Of a stretch of 64,000 nucleotides of DNA, positions 25,601 to 40,600 are shown one piece after another. Below the pieces are notes generated by a model. It did not search any database. It was not told where the DNA came from and was given only the letters and a program-made list of their open reading frames with translations. Source of the DNA: Phoronis australis. Its lineage: Eukaryota > Animalia > Phoronida. Both the position numbers and the translations under genes were made by a program. Location of the stretch: NCBI GenBank assembly GCA_002633005.1, contig NMRA01000013.1, positions 826,374 to 890,373 of the forward strand, given 5' to 3'. The stretch's first letter is position 1; every line of letters begins with the position of its first letter.

Positions 25601-28600
25601 TCTTTGTCACGACAGCATACTCATTAACATTCAGTTGATAATAACAAACAATCTGGGATGGAACAGAAGGGCCGGCTTGCCAGCCAAATGACTTAACTCT
25701 GAAACAGTTTTCACTCATAAATGCTCTGAATGCTTTGCATGACAACAAAATGAATTTGTGTGAAGGTGCAAAAAATTGCAAAACCAACTTTGTAGGAGCA
25801 AATGGACTACTTTTGTGTTTTCAAACTGTTCAACTGATGAAAATACAGTCATAAGATACAAATAGTAGTTTCTTATCACACCTTAGCTAAATATTGAAGT
25901 GAAAACTGTCACCTAATTTCCATTAATTTAGCTTTGTAAAATTTCCTTCTTACGTCAATACGTCGATGAAGCCGAACAAATTTCGACAAAATTAATAAAC
26001 TTTTTGTTATTTTTGTTTGAAAACAACCACACTAGCTCTTCAATTTCCACTTGTCTAAAAAGCATACTCACTCTCCATTTCCTTTAGGTTGTTGACAGCC
26101 AGGTCATGAGCGGTTTCTTCCACCTTGAGTTTGTCTTCAAATAGCACACCAATAAACAAGTGGTCAAGTCCCAAATGCATCGCCCGCTTTAGTATGTAAC
26201 ATTCAGAACAAAACAAAACAAAAAACAAAACAAGACGTTTTGCAAGATAAGATGACGCTGAAAGGAAACAATCGTTTGAAACTCTGAAATTATTAAAAGC
26301 AGTAACTTTGTGAATTAACAAAACTGAAAACAACAGGAAGTCTTTGCAAAATTGCATGTACATATACAAGAAGGGATTGAGTTGTGGCATCGTAAAGTCA
26401 ACCAAACAACACACAAGGTCCCCTGATGGTTATATTTCTGTAGACATTCATTCATTTACTTTCACCAGTAGATTTTCATCAATTCAGAGAAGTTCAATGT
26501 TGTTCAACTGCGGCGGCCATTTTGATGGTGCCCACCAGACATTTGAAAATTATTTTGAAAATTCCATAACTTATCAGTTAAAACAGCATCAAACGGAAAT
26601 AACTTTCAACTAGATTGGTTTGAGGGCAACTTCGTTTCAAGAAGTTTTTAACTGAAAAGAAGTGCCTTTAAGATAATATACTTAATATGTGACAACATGT
26701 TCAGTACTTCACAGAAAAAACAGGAAATTCCTCCATGTTCATACAATTTTGCTAAAACCCCGGATAACAAAATGTTAAAACAATATGATTCCATTTGAAG
26801 AAAACATGTGGTTACAATAAATGTACCTGTTTGTGTAACGTCAGAAAAAACTTTCATTTGCTGCAGCATGCTGCGATATATTGAGGTGTATTCAATACAA
26901 CTTGTGATGGCAAACAGCAGCATGCAAAAACAACATTATTCAATCTGCTTCCATAGTTTAATACACTTCTCAAAAGCAAAATAAAACCAATCAAACGATG
27001 TGAAATTCATTGACATGAATTTGTATAAAGTATGAAGAAGAAATCAAGTTGACGTTTTCTTCAAATGGAAACAAACATTACGGAAACTGGAAGAAGCGTC
27101 CTACTTTCAGCCTCGTACATCCTCTTGACCGCGTCATCCAAAGAGACCTGCATGTCTTCCAGCTGTTCTGAAAGTTCTGAAAAACCCATGTTGAGATTGC
27201 CAGAGCAAAGGATAACAAAAATGCATCGGGATGCCAACTACACAGGCTGCGCATAATGAGGGAATTTGCAGAGGTCAAAGGGCACAGAATCTCACCTTGG
27301 TTCTTGGCCACCTGATGTTCCATTTCTTTCCGAGCACTCGACAGTTCTTCGGACTTTTTCGTTTCTGTATTTTTGAGTTGTGTCTGGATATTGCCGAGTT
27401 CAACTGAAAAACAAAAACCTTTAATATCAAAACTGCAATCAAATGTAAGTTTAAGCTAGTTTATGTAAACTGTAAAATACACCAATAAGAAAGTGCAGGC
27501 AATCAATACATAAAATTAAGATAGATGGCAGCACTTCAGAATATGCAAAAGAGGGACAAATGAAAAAAAAATCGCATCAGATACTTAATACAAGAAAAGA
27601 AGTACTCTTCACGGAGTGAACAATTCTGATTTAAAAATTTGTGAACAGCCACGAACAGAGATTTCAAAACAAGCTAAAGTTGTCAGTTCTATATGGATAC
27701 TACAATCATTTACTCAGTGAGAAAGAACGAGTCAGTTGAAGATATAACGTCGAAAACATCCCAAACACAAACTGTGTTCAAATAGAATACAAGAAACAGC
27801 AAATGTTTAATGTGAGCGTATACAGCTGTACATTGTGACAGGTTCTAATAAGCAATTAAAGTTACAACACAAACCTTGCAGTTTACTATTCTCATTCTGA
27901 GCCTGGTCTAGCAAATCTTCAGTAATGGACATTTGAGCTTTAAATAGACAACATGCAGATATCATGCATCAGGAACAACAGCAACAATGACAACGACGAC
28001 AACAACCTGACAACATGGTCAAAAGGCATATTAACAACATCCAATTAAAACTACAAACATCCAAGTCAAAAAGGATGACGTAATAACCTGAACATTCATA
28101 CAGTCAAAATCATATTAAATTACGGGTTCAACTACAAAAGAATTGCATAATATAATGCATCACTAATACAAGACAGGGTAAAAACCTACAACAGTCAGGG
28201 CAAAATTATATCCAAGAACTTTTCAGTTACAAGTTTTCAGAAGAATTTAAATGGAGAAGTCTAAAAAATCCCAAATCACAAAACACTAAAGAGCTCTTAA
28301 TTGATCTGGGAAGATAACCATATCACCACAGTTCTGTCTAGCCTGCCATCAACAAACTTGACTATAATTAGACCTGTGCTTTTTGAATTTTCTTCCTGTT
28401 GTACCTTGCATGAAGTGCAAATAAGTGAAAAGCTCAATGTTACAAGAAAACAACAAGAATTTGTAAGAAACGAAAATGTTATGAACCCACGATATAACAC
28501 TAAAAAGGAGTTGAGCAACTGCCTTCTGTAAAAACATAGCAATGTAAAATTGGTCTCAATTTGTTCACAATTCCACTTAGAAGTGATTTCTGAGATTGGT

Positions 28601-31600
28601 AAGAAGTGACAGATTGCTGTTTCTTAACACAAGACTCAACGAATCTGGTGGACAAGCTCACCACATTATGCACTGCCTAAAAGCAGCAAGACTGATGCAC
28701 CAACTAACTCCATCTAGTGTGCAAACATTAAACACGCCGACATTAAGCAGTATCAGAAATTGCTTCCAATGCGAGAATGGAATAAATTGAGATCAACTTC
28801 ATAATTACAACTGGTGTTTGTCAAAAAGTAGAAGCATAATGGCTTGATAAATGTCAGATTCAATCGTTTGTGACGTTGGAAAGAAAGGTTTAGTCAAATT
28901 GTGAAACGACATGACAGCATGCACGTGAAACATGCAGTAACAAAAATGTGAAAGGCGCTAATGAGCAATTTATTCTCAATGGGTAGTTACATTGATTCAG
29001 AATTCATGCAGACCTAACAGTGTGTTCGATACCTTTTCCATTGCGCGGGGGAACTGTGGGTTGCAAGATAACGCATTAGAAGAAGAGAGAGAAATGAGAG
29101 CAAATGAGAGAAATCAGTGAACAACATGGAGTTCACTAGGTGGCGCTAGTGGAAAAACGAGCCCACATGAAGAAATGCATGGATTTAGGTAGTCTCGTCT
29201 AACCCCTATTGTACGAATCTTTTAGTGCTGGCGACTAACTTTCTGTTCTAAATCTGCTCATGTGAGAAGAAATGTACTTTCTTCACTAGCATCAACCAGT
29301 GAATATTGAGTTGCTCATAGGACCACCAGATTGTTTTATTATATTACAGGCTTCATCAATTTGTTATAACATACTTTATCATAAAAACCATGACATTTGA
29401 ATCAATACAAGATGTCGGAACAAACAAAGGAAAAACAAAACTAACATAGGACTTTTAATCAAAGCCACAGTCAGCGCCATCTTTTGGTTCACATTTTGGA
29501 TTGGAACCCCTCGTTTAGGTTCTACAAGATGGTGACTCACCGGTCCTAACATCATGGACCGAACAGAGGCCCATGATGTTCAAAGAGGAAGTAGCATTTT
29601 TGCCAACGCATTTGAACTTTTCAATTTCGTATTGACCCAATTAGCACTGTCGGGCACTTTAAAGCAACAACTTGGAAACGTGTTAGTGTTAAACAGTAAC
29701 CGTTTTTGTAATATCTTACAGCTCATGTTGGACAGCTTAGCTATAGTTTCCTGATGTGAGATGATCTCGAGTTTCAGTATCTCTGTAGAATGAAATACCT
29801 TAGTCCATGAATGACAGTCAATCGTATCAAGGAGGGCAATTTACGAAACAAAATCGAGGTCGAGGGAAAAAAAACTTCTGCCAAAACAGCACAAAACAGG
29901 AACTTCTTTGACAAAAGAATAACAATTGAGATTCCAGCTAGCATTTAAAGTAACAGCTTCACAGTTTTCGATAACATCTGAAACGTGACTTTCCACCAAT
30001 TCTAAGGGGAGATCTTAAGTAAGGTAGCTGTCAACACAGCCTTCTTCAAAGGGAAATAGTCCACAGATGTGATCCGATTGGTTAAACAGGCCCATCGGAA
30101 TTGTAATGCATCGTGATAAAAACTTTGAAGAATAAAAAATATAACTTGTGAGGAAAGAATCATGTCTCTAACAAAAAGAATGGTAAACGACTGAGAAAGT
30201 CCAAACAGTTTCAGCAGGAAGAAAACTGCCTAACAATGTATTTGATAGACACCCAGTAATATACTGCATTCTGTCCACAAAGCAAGAGTATCGGTTTCAT
30301 AACTCTGAAATGAGTAAACAAAATCCAAGTGATTTAAATTTTACATTCTCCAATCCTGGTGAAGGTAATCAGAGATGCGTTTCATTGACCTGTCCAAAAT
30401 TTATGCTCGAAAATTCCCGATAAGCAAAATGACGGACATTTTCAGTGACTCCAATGCAGAAACTTCATAAAATAAAATGAAACCAATAACGCCTTTCACA
30501 AAAGATTTTTATTTTTTATATCCCATGATAGGATGACAAAATACCTCAGTGCTAAACAGGATAGACGTCCAACAAAAAGAACATTCTCAGACTTTTACCA
30601 TGGATTCAGGGCACAAGCTGGGATAGGCAGAAAGCACATCGCGTGTAGGAAAACAGACGCAAACGTGAGCTAGACTTTAGTAATCGTAGGGCTAGTTTCA
30701 TACCTTGATGTTTTTCTGTCTGTTTGTCCATGTCTCCCTGAAGGCGTTGCGACGACTCTCGTTCTCGTTCTTTCGCCGTGATCTCGTTTTCGAGCTCCTG
30801 TTTGACTTTGAGCAGTTCCGCTGCAATAAAAATTTTCACTTGACAATGCCAACTTGCTTTGTGCATACAAATCACTATCTCTCTACCTCTCTGTGTCACA
30901 GACAACAATATTGCTCCCAACTTTACATTATACAGAACTTCTGCATTCAGGTAAGTTTAAGAAAAGTACTTAGAAAGTAAAAGATAAAGCTACATGCAGT
31001 GCCACCTTTGGGACGTATTGCGAGGTGAAACCTTTTGTTTTGGTACTTTACTACGACGCGATAGCGTTCGTGATTACACATAACACCACAGGCAGAATGG
31101 AGTTTATTGATTGCTTCAACAAGATTCACTGGCACTAACACGATTAATTCAAGTGTGAACTTCAACTTGACCTAATTAGCATCGTATGGGACTTTAAGGT
31201 ATAGAAAAGATACACAAAAAAAATAAAAGATACTAGACAGAAGTCTTTAGAATTGTGAGAGCACAAAAGCCACTTCACTTTGACCTAATTTCTAATTTTG
31301 GTGATAAAGACGGGCAGAGTTAGCAAAGACTAAATGCAGTTACATTCATTCATGAACACGTAATGGCGTCGGACTTCTTGAACATCCCGCCATACAAAAT
31401 GGAGATTTGGCAGTATGTGAATAGCAATGAATTTAAAAAATGTGAAATTGTACTGCCTCAGAATCTTCGTCCAAGTTAATGCAAATTGCACAATGACATT
31501 GCCCGTTTGGACACAAAATACTCTACTGCCATCTAGCGGTAAAACAAATTTTAACATGTTGGTGCTATATCAGAAAATGACCATTAACGGAAGATTTTAC

Positions 31601-34600
31601 AATGTGTTAAATGTTGAAATGTTGCCAAGTAACCTCTCCATCCATTTTCCATCACAGAAGTAGTTCCATTAAGCACAAAATAACCAACTACATCAAATTA
31701 AAAGATTCACAATAATCCAAAAATTAGTCATGTTTCACGAAAATTAAATCAAAATCCGTTCTACACCAGGCATAACTACTAAACAAAGCAACTTAAGATT
31801 ATCACCATAAAGTTCTTCAGGTGGTTAAAGTTAACAATTCAAAGCGGCCAGAAACCTGCCTTCTATCAAAAACACAAACTTTTAATGTAGCCCACTGGTC
31901 TCAACTTGTTCCTTACTTACGACAGACAAAAAGCCATTTTTAGGCATCGTAATAACAAATTGTTCTGAAAACCAGACATCCCCTTTAACTTCAATAAGGA
32001 CCAGCTGAGAAAAGTTTCATAATATCAAGTAATTTAAACAAAAGACAATTTTTGGACATAAGGCAGGTTTACAGCATCTTTAATCTTCTCGTTGCTTAAC
32101 CGACATCATAATGGTTATGAACAAGCAGCTCTCTCCTCCCTTCTTTACTAGCCTTAAATGAAATTACCTGACAGCGTTTGCACCTGAGTTTCGCTATTGT
32201 GCAAGAGGTCCCGCGTCTTCTCGAGTTCGGCTAGGAACAGAAGCAGACAGAGACATGCACTAGCAGCTAGGTACAACATGCAACACAGTGTGGCGTCGAC
32301 GTGCAAAGTACAAGTCCGAGGTACGGTACTCCAAGCATGGGAGACACATAACATAGAGTACACGCCAAAAATAATAAGACAAAATTCCATTTCACCACAT
32401 CATGGTGGACGAGACTCGGTCAAAACTCAGCTACTCTGATGGTCAATTCTGCTTGCACTCGGCTGCATTGACAGGGAATTCCCCTTGAGCTTGGCAGTCC
32501 TGACAAGGAACTCCGCTTGCACGATGGGGGATTCCATGGCCATATTGTCCCATTATTTGTGGCGAATACAGTACAATAGGGGGAATCTCGAGTTGGATCA
32601 AATTCTGAGCTATCCTATGATGTACAGTCAACTATTTCAGTCTTACATACTCATGAAAACATATAACAAGTGAGCGTGTATAAATTTGCTTAGCTCACAA
32701 ATTCACTTTCATTTTGTTTTTAAATACAGCAAGATAGAGTTCATAGTAATTAAACATGATAATATCAAACTGAACGACTCACAACCAGAAGATTTGCCGT
32801 CGCTAACTGGATATATTCCATTTTGAAGTTACAGATTTCCCTTCGACCAACTTAGTGCTGTGTGCGACTTAAGAAATATATGTAACTTTGTAAACATTGA
32901 GAATTTATGTACTTTCTAAATGGGATTGTACAGACATTCATCAGGATGAGATACTCCAAAATACTCCAGAATTTGATCCAACAAACTAGACAGTGAAAAC
33001 AATCAGTGAAGCAAACCGCTAGGAAAGAAACGGATGATTACATATCTTGAGACTGTATATTTTATGTCAACATTAATAACAAATAACATACATTCCACCT
33101 TCATGTAATGCAGTAAAGGGTAGTGCGGTATATCACAGACAACAAAAATCAAAGCACAGTCAATACACAACAAAAGCTCACCAACTTCAGAGAAAAATAA
33201 ATGACCTTTTTTCATTTTTCAAAGCATTCTTACGTCATTTCGAATACGCACAATTCCCTAAAACATTGTGTAGTGGTAGCTATGATATGGAACCAAAAGT
33301 TGAAAAAGTATTTAATTTGAAGTAACATGCCTTTGATGAAAATTTGAAATATATAATTTCATGTCTGCCATATTGAGCAATAAATTGGTGACATGTTAAT
33401 GTATCTATTAATATTGCCATAAACCGGGCTTATGTGAAAAACTACCCAAGACCACTTACCACTTTAGAACCAGGCTTGGGAGAAACTAACAGTTTGTCAC
33501 TGCTTGAGACTAGGCTTAAGAATTTGACTTGACGTGCCCAGCCTGATTTAAGCGTGACTTATACAAGCTGTCAGTTGTTCCAGAGCCCAGAAATCAATTC
33601 TCATCTTTGTAAAAACAAGTTGAGACCAGTTCTATGATGGTAGGTAGGCTCATTAGTAATTTGACAAACGACGGATGTATACCATTATCAAGCAGCGAAG
33701 AAAAACAGAACAAAATGCAACGAGTGAATGAACAAACAGTATGTCTCACAGTCTCTTTCCCGCCAATTCTTTACTGCCACCTGTTGGGCTTCGTTCATTT
33801 GGTCAAGCAGCTCTTAAAGCAAGACAAACACAGACATGCATAAACGAATTGAAGGAAGGGGCTTTACTAATCTGGACCCATTATTCCTCACACCAAAGTT
33901 TGGACTCGGGCAGATATTCTAAGTTCACCAACTCCTATCCATATAATGGAGTCAGTTGTAAGCACACGCACAGTGGTTTTCAAACAAAAGCAACAAAAAT
34001 CTTAACGTCAAAGTAATCCAATATTGTCAGTTACAGCACACAGAAGAAAAGTGATGGCAATTAACAAAATTTAATAGCTTAATCTTCTGTTCCGATATTG
34101 GAAAATTTATGACAACAAGAAATTTTTGTCATTTTTTGAAAATTGCTTTACATGGTACTTAGCACTGCTCAAAAAGCAGTTCCTATGATTTCGAAACTAA
34201 TCTAAGGATCTCACACTTAGATAAATGAACAAAACTGTACAAAGAAACTATTAGTTGATTTTGATACTTAGCTTTTATCAAGACTTGTCGTCTTACACCT
34301 GACTTGGGAGGATGAACAGAAAATCAATTTTTACTAACACGAGTCCAAACTTCAGTAGAAGTCATAAAATTTGAAAAGGAACATATATGTACACCAAACA
34401 GGCAACGACTACAAAAGACAGAAACTTTTGGCAATGGCACTGAAGCAAGGTCATGACCTCTGACCTACCTCTGAAACACTGAATCAGATTGAGCCTGAAT
34501 TTGAAAAACAACTTACCTTTGTTCTCTGTCGCTTCTCGCACTCTCGCCTCCGAAACATCTTCTAATTTTTTCTTCACCTGAGCTAATTGGTCTGTAACGG

Positions 34601-37600
34601 AACAGAACAAAATATAATTGTGTTTTTAATACACTACTCCCATAATAGGTCGAAGACAGACGCAGGCTGCTTTTCCACCAGCAATAGACGGCCAGCACGA
34701 AGGTAATCTGTGGCCATGCGCAAAAGATCCATAAGTCTTTGTTTTATTTTAAATATTAACAGTAAATGTGAAATACAATAGAGAATCGCACGACGTAGTA
34801 TCAGTATTGTGATCTAGTATATGACTGTAAAAGTTGACGTTCTTGTGTAAAGTGAGGCTTTGCAAGGTCAGTGTTTATCATCGTAATTTCAACCCCCAGT
34901 TCCCATCCAAAAACACAAAAAGGAGATAAATGAGCAGACAAATCCAGCGGCCCACTTTATGAAAAAAAAATAACTTGAGGCCTAAGTTACATATTCTGTC
35001 ATACAATCCTAACAACCATTTCTGAAAAATAATGTACTAATATGAACTCTGCAATGTGCATTGTCTCTGAAAATGTACCAAACATCACTAATGAATCGGA
35101 CAATTTTTTTAGAATAATTGCTTTACTATGACGTGAAAACAATTACTTTCAATTGCATAATCATTTTTCAGAAACAGGGAAGTGCCAGCAGAAGATAAAA
35201 TTTATGTTTTTTGAGTCTTAAGTTGCTTTTCACGAAACGGGCCCCCGACAACAGCATAACACAACACAGTTGATAATAAAATAGAGTCAGGAACTGAACC
35301 TTTTAATGCCTGTATCTCTTCTTGACTTTCTTTGGCTTGGTCTGTCATACCATCCAGCTGACCTGTTAGGAAGACAGCAAATTAAAGACACATAGCGTTG
35401 TACAGTGTTTAAATCAAGCATCAACAAACAAAACTGAAATCAACTATGAAACTTGAAACATGTCTAACACAAATATTGCAAACAGGTAGCAAACAGAAGT
35501 GGGGCGCACATTCATCACGTTTGTCGAATCGTAGCTAGAACGGTTGTTAAACTGTGATGTTTCTTAAATGTATTGGTCTATTTACACCAGCCAATTTAAA
35601 TTGGCACGACACTTCTCAGACCATTTTCATGTGTTACAGCATTCTTAGAAGAAGGAACATGCCTTTGGGTATATGGTACACTCATGGTGGTCAGTGATAG
35701 GAACATGGGAATATGGTACAATCATGGTGGTCAGTGATAAGAACATGCTGTGGGTATATGGTACACTCATGGTGGTCAATGATAGGAACATGGGTATATG
35801 GTACACTCATGGTGGTCAATGATAGGAACATGGGTACATGGTACACTCATGGTGGTCAATGATAGGAACATGGGTATATGGTACACTCATGGTGGTCAAT
35901 GATAGGAACATGGGTATATGGTACACTCATGGTGGTCAATGATCAACACTTTGTTTCATTTGTTTTGGCACAAGCTGGGTTTGAACCTGGGACCTTTAGA
36001 TGTCAGTCCAGTACACTACACCACCGAGACATTAAGTCTTGAAAGCTTCATTAAAATGGCTTTTAGAAATTACCGTTGAGTGGAAATACAAACTATGATC
36101 AATTAGAAGTTAGTTCCCAGGTTTGGTAATCACGAAGATCACGGCAGCACACTATCAATCACATTCATACGATCGTATTAGCTTCCACTAGACGTAACAT
36201 TTCCAATAAAACAAAATAACAGAATTAAAACCGTACTTTCTAATTGGCAAAGTTTATTTCGTGTCTCCTGGAGCGCCTCTGTTTCCTTGTTCAACAAATC
36301 TGGATGTGACACAAACATAGTGTAAAAGACAGCACACACCCAAAGCTCTACCTCATTTACCATATACATATAAGGACTCTAACCTTATGCCAAAGGTCAC
36401 ATCAAGGAACTATTCATGCAAGACAATGCCCTATTAGTGTTCTTCAGTCTTATGAACACTTCAAGCTGATATTTTGTTGGTTCTTTAATTAACACAATTC
36501 AGCATTTAAGACCCACACAGTGCTAGTACAGTCAAGGTTTGAAATCGTAAGCATCAAACTACTATAAAGGCAGTAGTCACTTACAGGGATCCAAGATTTT
36601 GAGAACCAGTTTGACGACTACTATCCAGAAGAGAAAACTGGTTCTCCAAATGCAGGACCCCTGTAAATGGCCATTCAATACCAGGATAAATCAAGAAAGT
36701 GGCGACAACTTTTCCGATGAAGCAATCAATAAACTAAATTCAACAAATAATCGATATCAATTTTTGACAGTCACTGAATTTATAGCACAAATAGGAAATT
36801 ACTAAGTCAATACCCATTCAGGCTACATTCAAAGCTAGCTAAAGTTCAACATGTTTCTGCACAAGCAAGGCGGAGTTATTATCAAAAAGGCAGAGCCATT
36901 ACCTTGATTGGCACACGCAAGCACCGCCTCCTCCTGTCTGTCAGCCAATACTCGATCTAGTTCAGCTTCAACTTGTGACAGTTGGGCTGCAACAAAAGCC
37001 AGGGTGGGTTGGGCAAAAGCAATGTTTCTTGAATCATGCCAATTTTGGGAAGAGCAACAGCAAAAATAAGTCTTGGAAGCATGAAGATACAAAAGTCACC
37101 ACAACATTCACAAGAGCAATGCAGAGCGTTAATATGCGTTGTGAACATGGCTACAGTGCACATTTATGGGATGATAATTACTTTACACACTCTCACTACA
37201 AAGAATAACAATAAAAATAAACTTCAAATGGGCCTCAGGGGATACGAAGCAAGTCAGCTGTGCCATCCTATATATGAAAACACCTTTCATCATGATTTTA
37301 TGGAAAAATGTGTCAAGGAAATCTGAAGACACAAAGAAGAATGTAAAAAAATAAATTACATAGGAAAGTCGTCATCATACATTCGTCACATTCCTTGGAG
37401 TAAATTTGCCAAATTCTACAAAGATCCTGCAAGGGCTTTAGGCGGAAAGGCCAAGGGAAAAATGTCACCAGGAAGTACTACAGTATTCACACCCATCAGA
37501 AAATTAATGTCAGCTGCGCTCTTCTCAGTAGGAGCACACACTACCAAATTTCATAATAATTATTTGAGCGGTTCACCAGATAAAGAGGTGGGCGCTTAAA

Positions 37601-40600
37601 AACAGACTCAAGTATTGTAAAAATGGTTACTAGGTGGCACAGGATAAGTCAAATCTAACTGAAAACATGAAGGCACCGTTGTCTCTTTAATAGATACATA
37701 CTTAACAAATTTCCTGAAAATCCATTAATTAACTTTGAAAATGCAGAGGCAAACATAAAAAATCAAATAGCCACTAGGGAGCACAGTAGTCGGATCCGTC
37801 TGAAAGTGGTCGCTTTCTGCTGTCATGTCTGTACAAACACAATTCTGCAAATTTCACAAAGATTCTGCAAAGGTGAACGGAGATGAAGCAGCGGACGCCC
37901 GACAACGCACAACAGAGATGACAGCAATATGCGTCCATAAGTATACTTGGGCACATAAAAAGAAGTTCCCTCATCCTGTACCTCACTTCATTTATCATCC
38001 AATGATGCATGTGGCGAATAAGCAAATAAGAGGGGCAAACATCAGTGAGAAAGAGAGTAAGAAAGCAAAAATCAAATCTTTCGTGAATTTAGAGTGCAGT
38101 TTACTTTGGATACATCTACCTACACCACCAGCATTAATAGTAACTAAAACATTACAAACCTTGTATCTCCTGAGTTTCATCTTTACTTTTTTGAGCTAGC
38201 TGTCGCGCTTCTTCTAACTCAGCTATTGGAGAAAGCAGACAACACCGATCACTGTACGTCAGTTCAGTCTATTATACGAAAGAAACTTACAGTCGCTAAC
38301 ATCGAAAATCAAAACAATCGATACACATCAGAAATGGGTGAAATTTGGCCTATACTCTGTTAATTTTAACATGTACACTAAAAGCCAAGAAATATTCAGA
38401 CAAAATTATCCTGAAGTCCCCATCATGACGGCTAAGCAGAAGTCAACTTCATGGTGAGAGTAGTCTCCCCTGATGACCATCAGAGTAGTCTCCCCTGATG
38501 ACCAAGAATGAAGGGGAATTAACAGAAAAGTTAGCAAGATGGCCGAGCACCCGAATAGTTATTACAAGCCATTTTTACTGTTACAAGAATTAGCCGTCAT
38601 GATGGAAAATGGCATTTTGTCTGATTATATTTGTCTTGTACTGTACATGAAATGAGATGATTTGGCATAATTCATTTAATCTTTACACAATTATTGCCGA
38701 TACAAAATAATTTACAACAAACGTAACAGCTTTCAGAAGGATGCGGTGAATTGGCGAGGTTGAATTCAAGAAAAATAATTCAACTGAAGACAGAATAGAA
38801 GCAGTATTGTTAAATAAATGACAATGAATGTCACAAAGAATTTGTCCAATCAACAAGACCTACAGTTAGTTTTTAAGAAACTGTCAAATATCTCATCATT
38901 GCGTCAGAGTGAAAACAGCCAGCCATGTCTGGCGATTTGGAATTGAAAAGCAAAAGGTTATATCATGATTGACAAACAGCGCACCTTTTACCGTTTCCAG
39001 GGTGGTGAGTGCCCTCTTGTGAGTATCTTTTTCCTCGTCTAATTGTTCTACAAACGACATTTAGAGAAAACTGAATTTGCACAACAATAATACAGGAAGA
39101 GTACTGACAGAAATTAGTAGGAAGAGGTAAAGAAAAATAAGAGAAGCAGGCACCAAGATCATTTGCATAAGGCTGCAAAATAACCATTTTCTGCAATTTG
39201 GATTGTTGAAATGGACCACTGTAACAAAACACTTTGACGTAACCATTAATTAAAATACAAATTGCTGGTAACTTCGCAGAGATTACCATTTACCTCAGTA
39301 GTGATGCATGCAACATCCTGCACAAAATGGCCACCACCTATTTCTGCACTTCGAAAGCACAAAGCCCAACATAAACGAAGTTCAACAGCAAGTTGATCAT
39401 TGTGCCTGTTCAAAGGAAATGAATGTAGACAGGAGATGCGGTCCTTTTGGAATGTTAATGTCACTTTTTATTGTTGCAGGCAGGGGAACACCATTTAAAG
39501 TACAGCTAACAATAAAAATGCTTGCTTTCTTCTTCAATGTTTCAATTTATTATTCTTCAAGCTATGACATAAAGGAAGAGATTTATGAGCTTTAGAAGAG
39601 CTGACAAAACAAAACTGCTTCTGACCAATCTCACAAAGCCAGCCCTGTGTATGACACCACATTTAGGCACCATAAGCAACAGAGTTGGCTGCAGGTTAGT
39701 GAATAAGCAGGTTCTCAGTCCGAACAGCAGATGGATTTACTGGTAAAAGAACCCAGGATTCTTTTGGCTTTAACAAATTACTCACACTTGGCATTTGTTT
39801 CGATGAACGCAACTTTAAATGAAAATTCGCACAACTAACACAGAGATTTAGTCCAGAACTATGCCAATCTAGAGGTTGCATGAAATTTATCAAACGATCA
39901 TAGCAAAGAGACAAACGTGAACAGTTTTAGACTGTTCTGACTTTCGACAGGAGAAACTCACTTAATATATTTTCTACTTCTTCTTGCTTTTTCAGTGATT
40001 CCTCTTGTTCTTGTGCGAGACGTTCTGAACGAACAAGACAATATATATTGTAATCACAAAAACTCACACGTTAGTCTGACATCAACAATGAAAGTCAATC
40101 GGCATTTACGCAATGACAAGATAAACAGCTACAAGTTTCTCAACTTGACATTTGGCAAAGGTGTTCTGTAAAGCTTTGAGAATGAAAAATATAATCCCAT
40201 ACCATATATTTACTCTTCTTTTGACTATAACACACAGTCTAGGCTTTAACCTTTAAGTGTTGGCGCACATTTAACTATTTTTAGTAATAATGAGGGTATG
40301 AAAAAACTGGTGCTTACAAACAATGAAAGAACAAATGACGGGGGTTAATAGAGCAAATTCGGGACAATCATGCAATCACAGAAATATGGCAGAAAACAAT
40401 CAAAAGACTTGGACAATGTGACGAAGGAGAAAAACGAATAACATTTAACTTTCTGAACATCGTACCACAAATCAAATTATTTCCAGAACTGCAGGGGTTT
40501 GATTCAGTCTGGGACAAACTGAAATTACCTGTTAACTGTAATAATTGACTGTTAACCTCCTCGTTTGATGATTCCGCTTTACTAAGTTGTTCTGGAAAAT

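Noticed and set aside
28372-28527. Possible extra SLMAP exons ([10 protein letters not shown]; cag|AAGGCAG)
   Set aside because: Phases do not fit the phase-1 chain or contain an in-frame stop; weak splice sites.
33460-33545. gtaagt donor with upstream AG
   Set aside because: Length is not a multiple of three (phase 1 in, phase 0 out) and the peptide is not coiled-coil-like.
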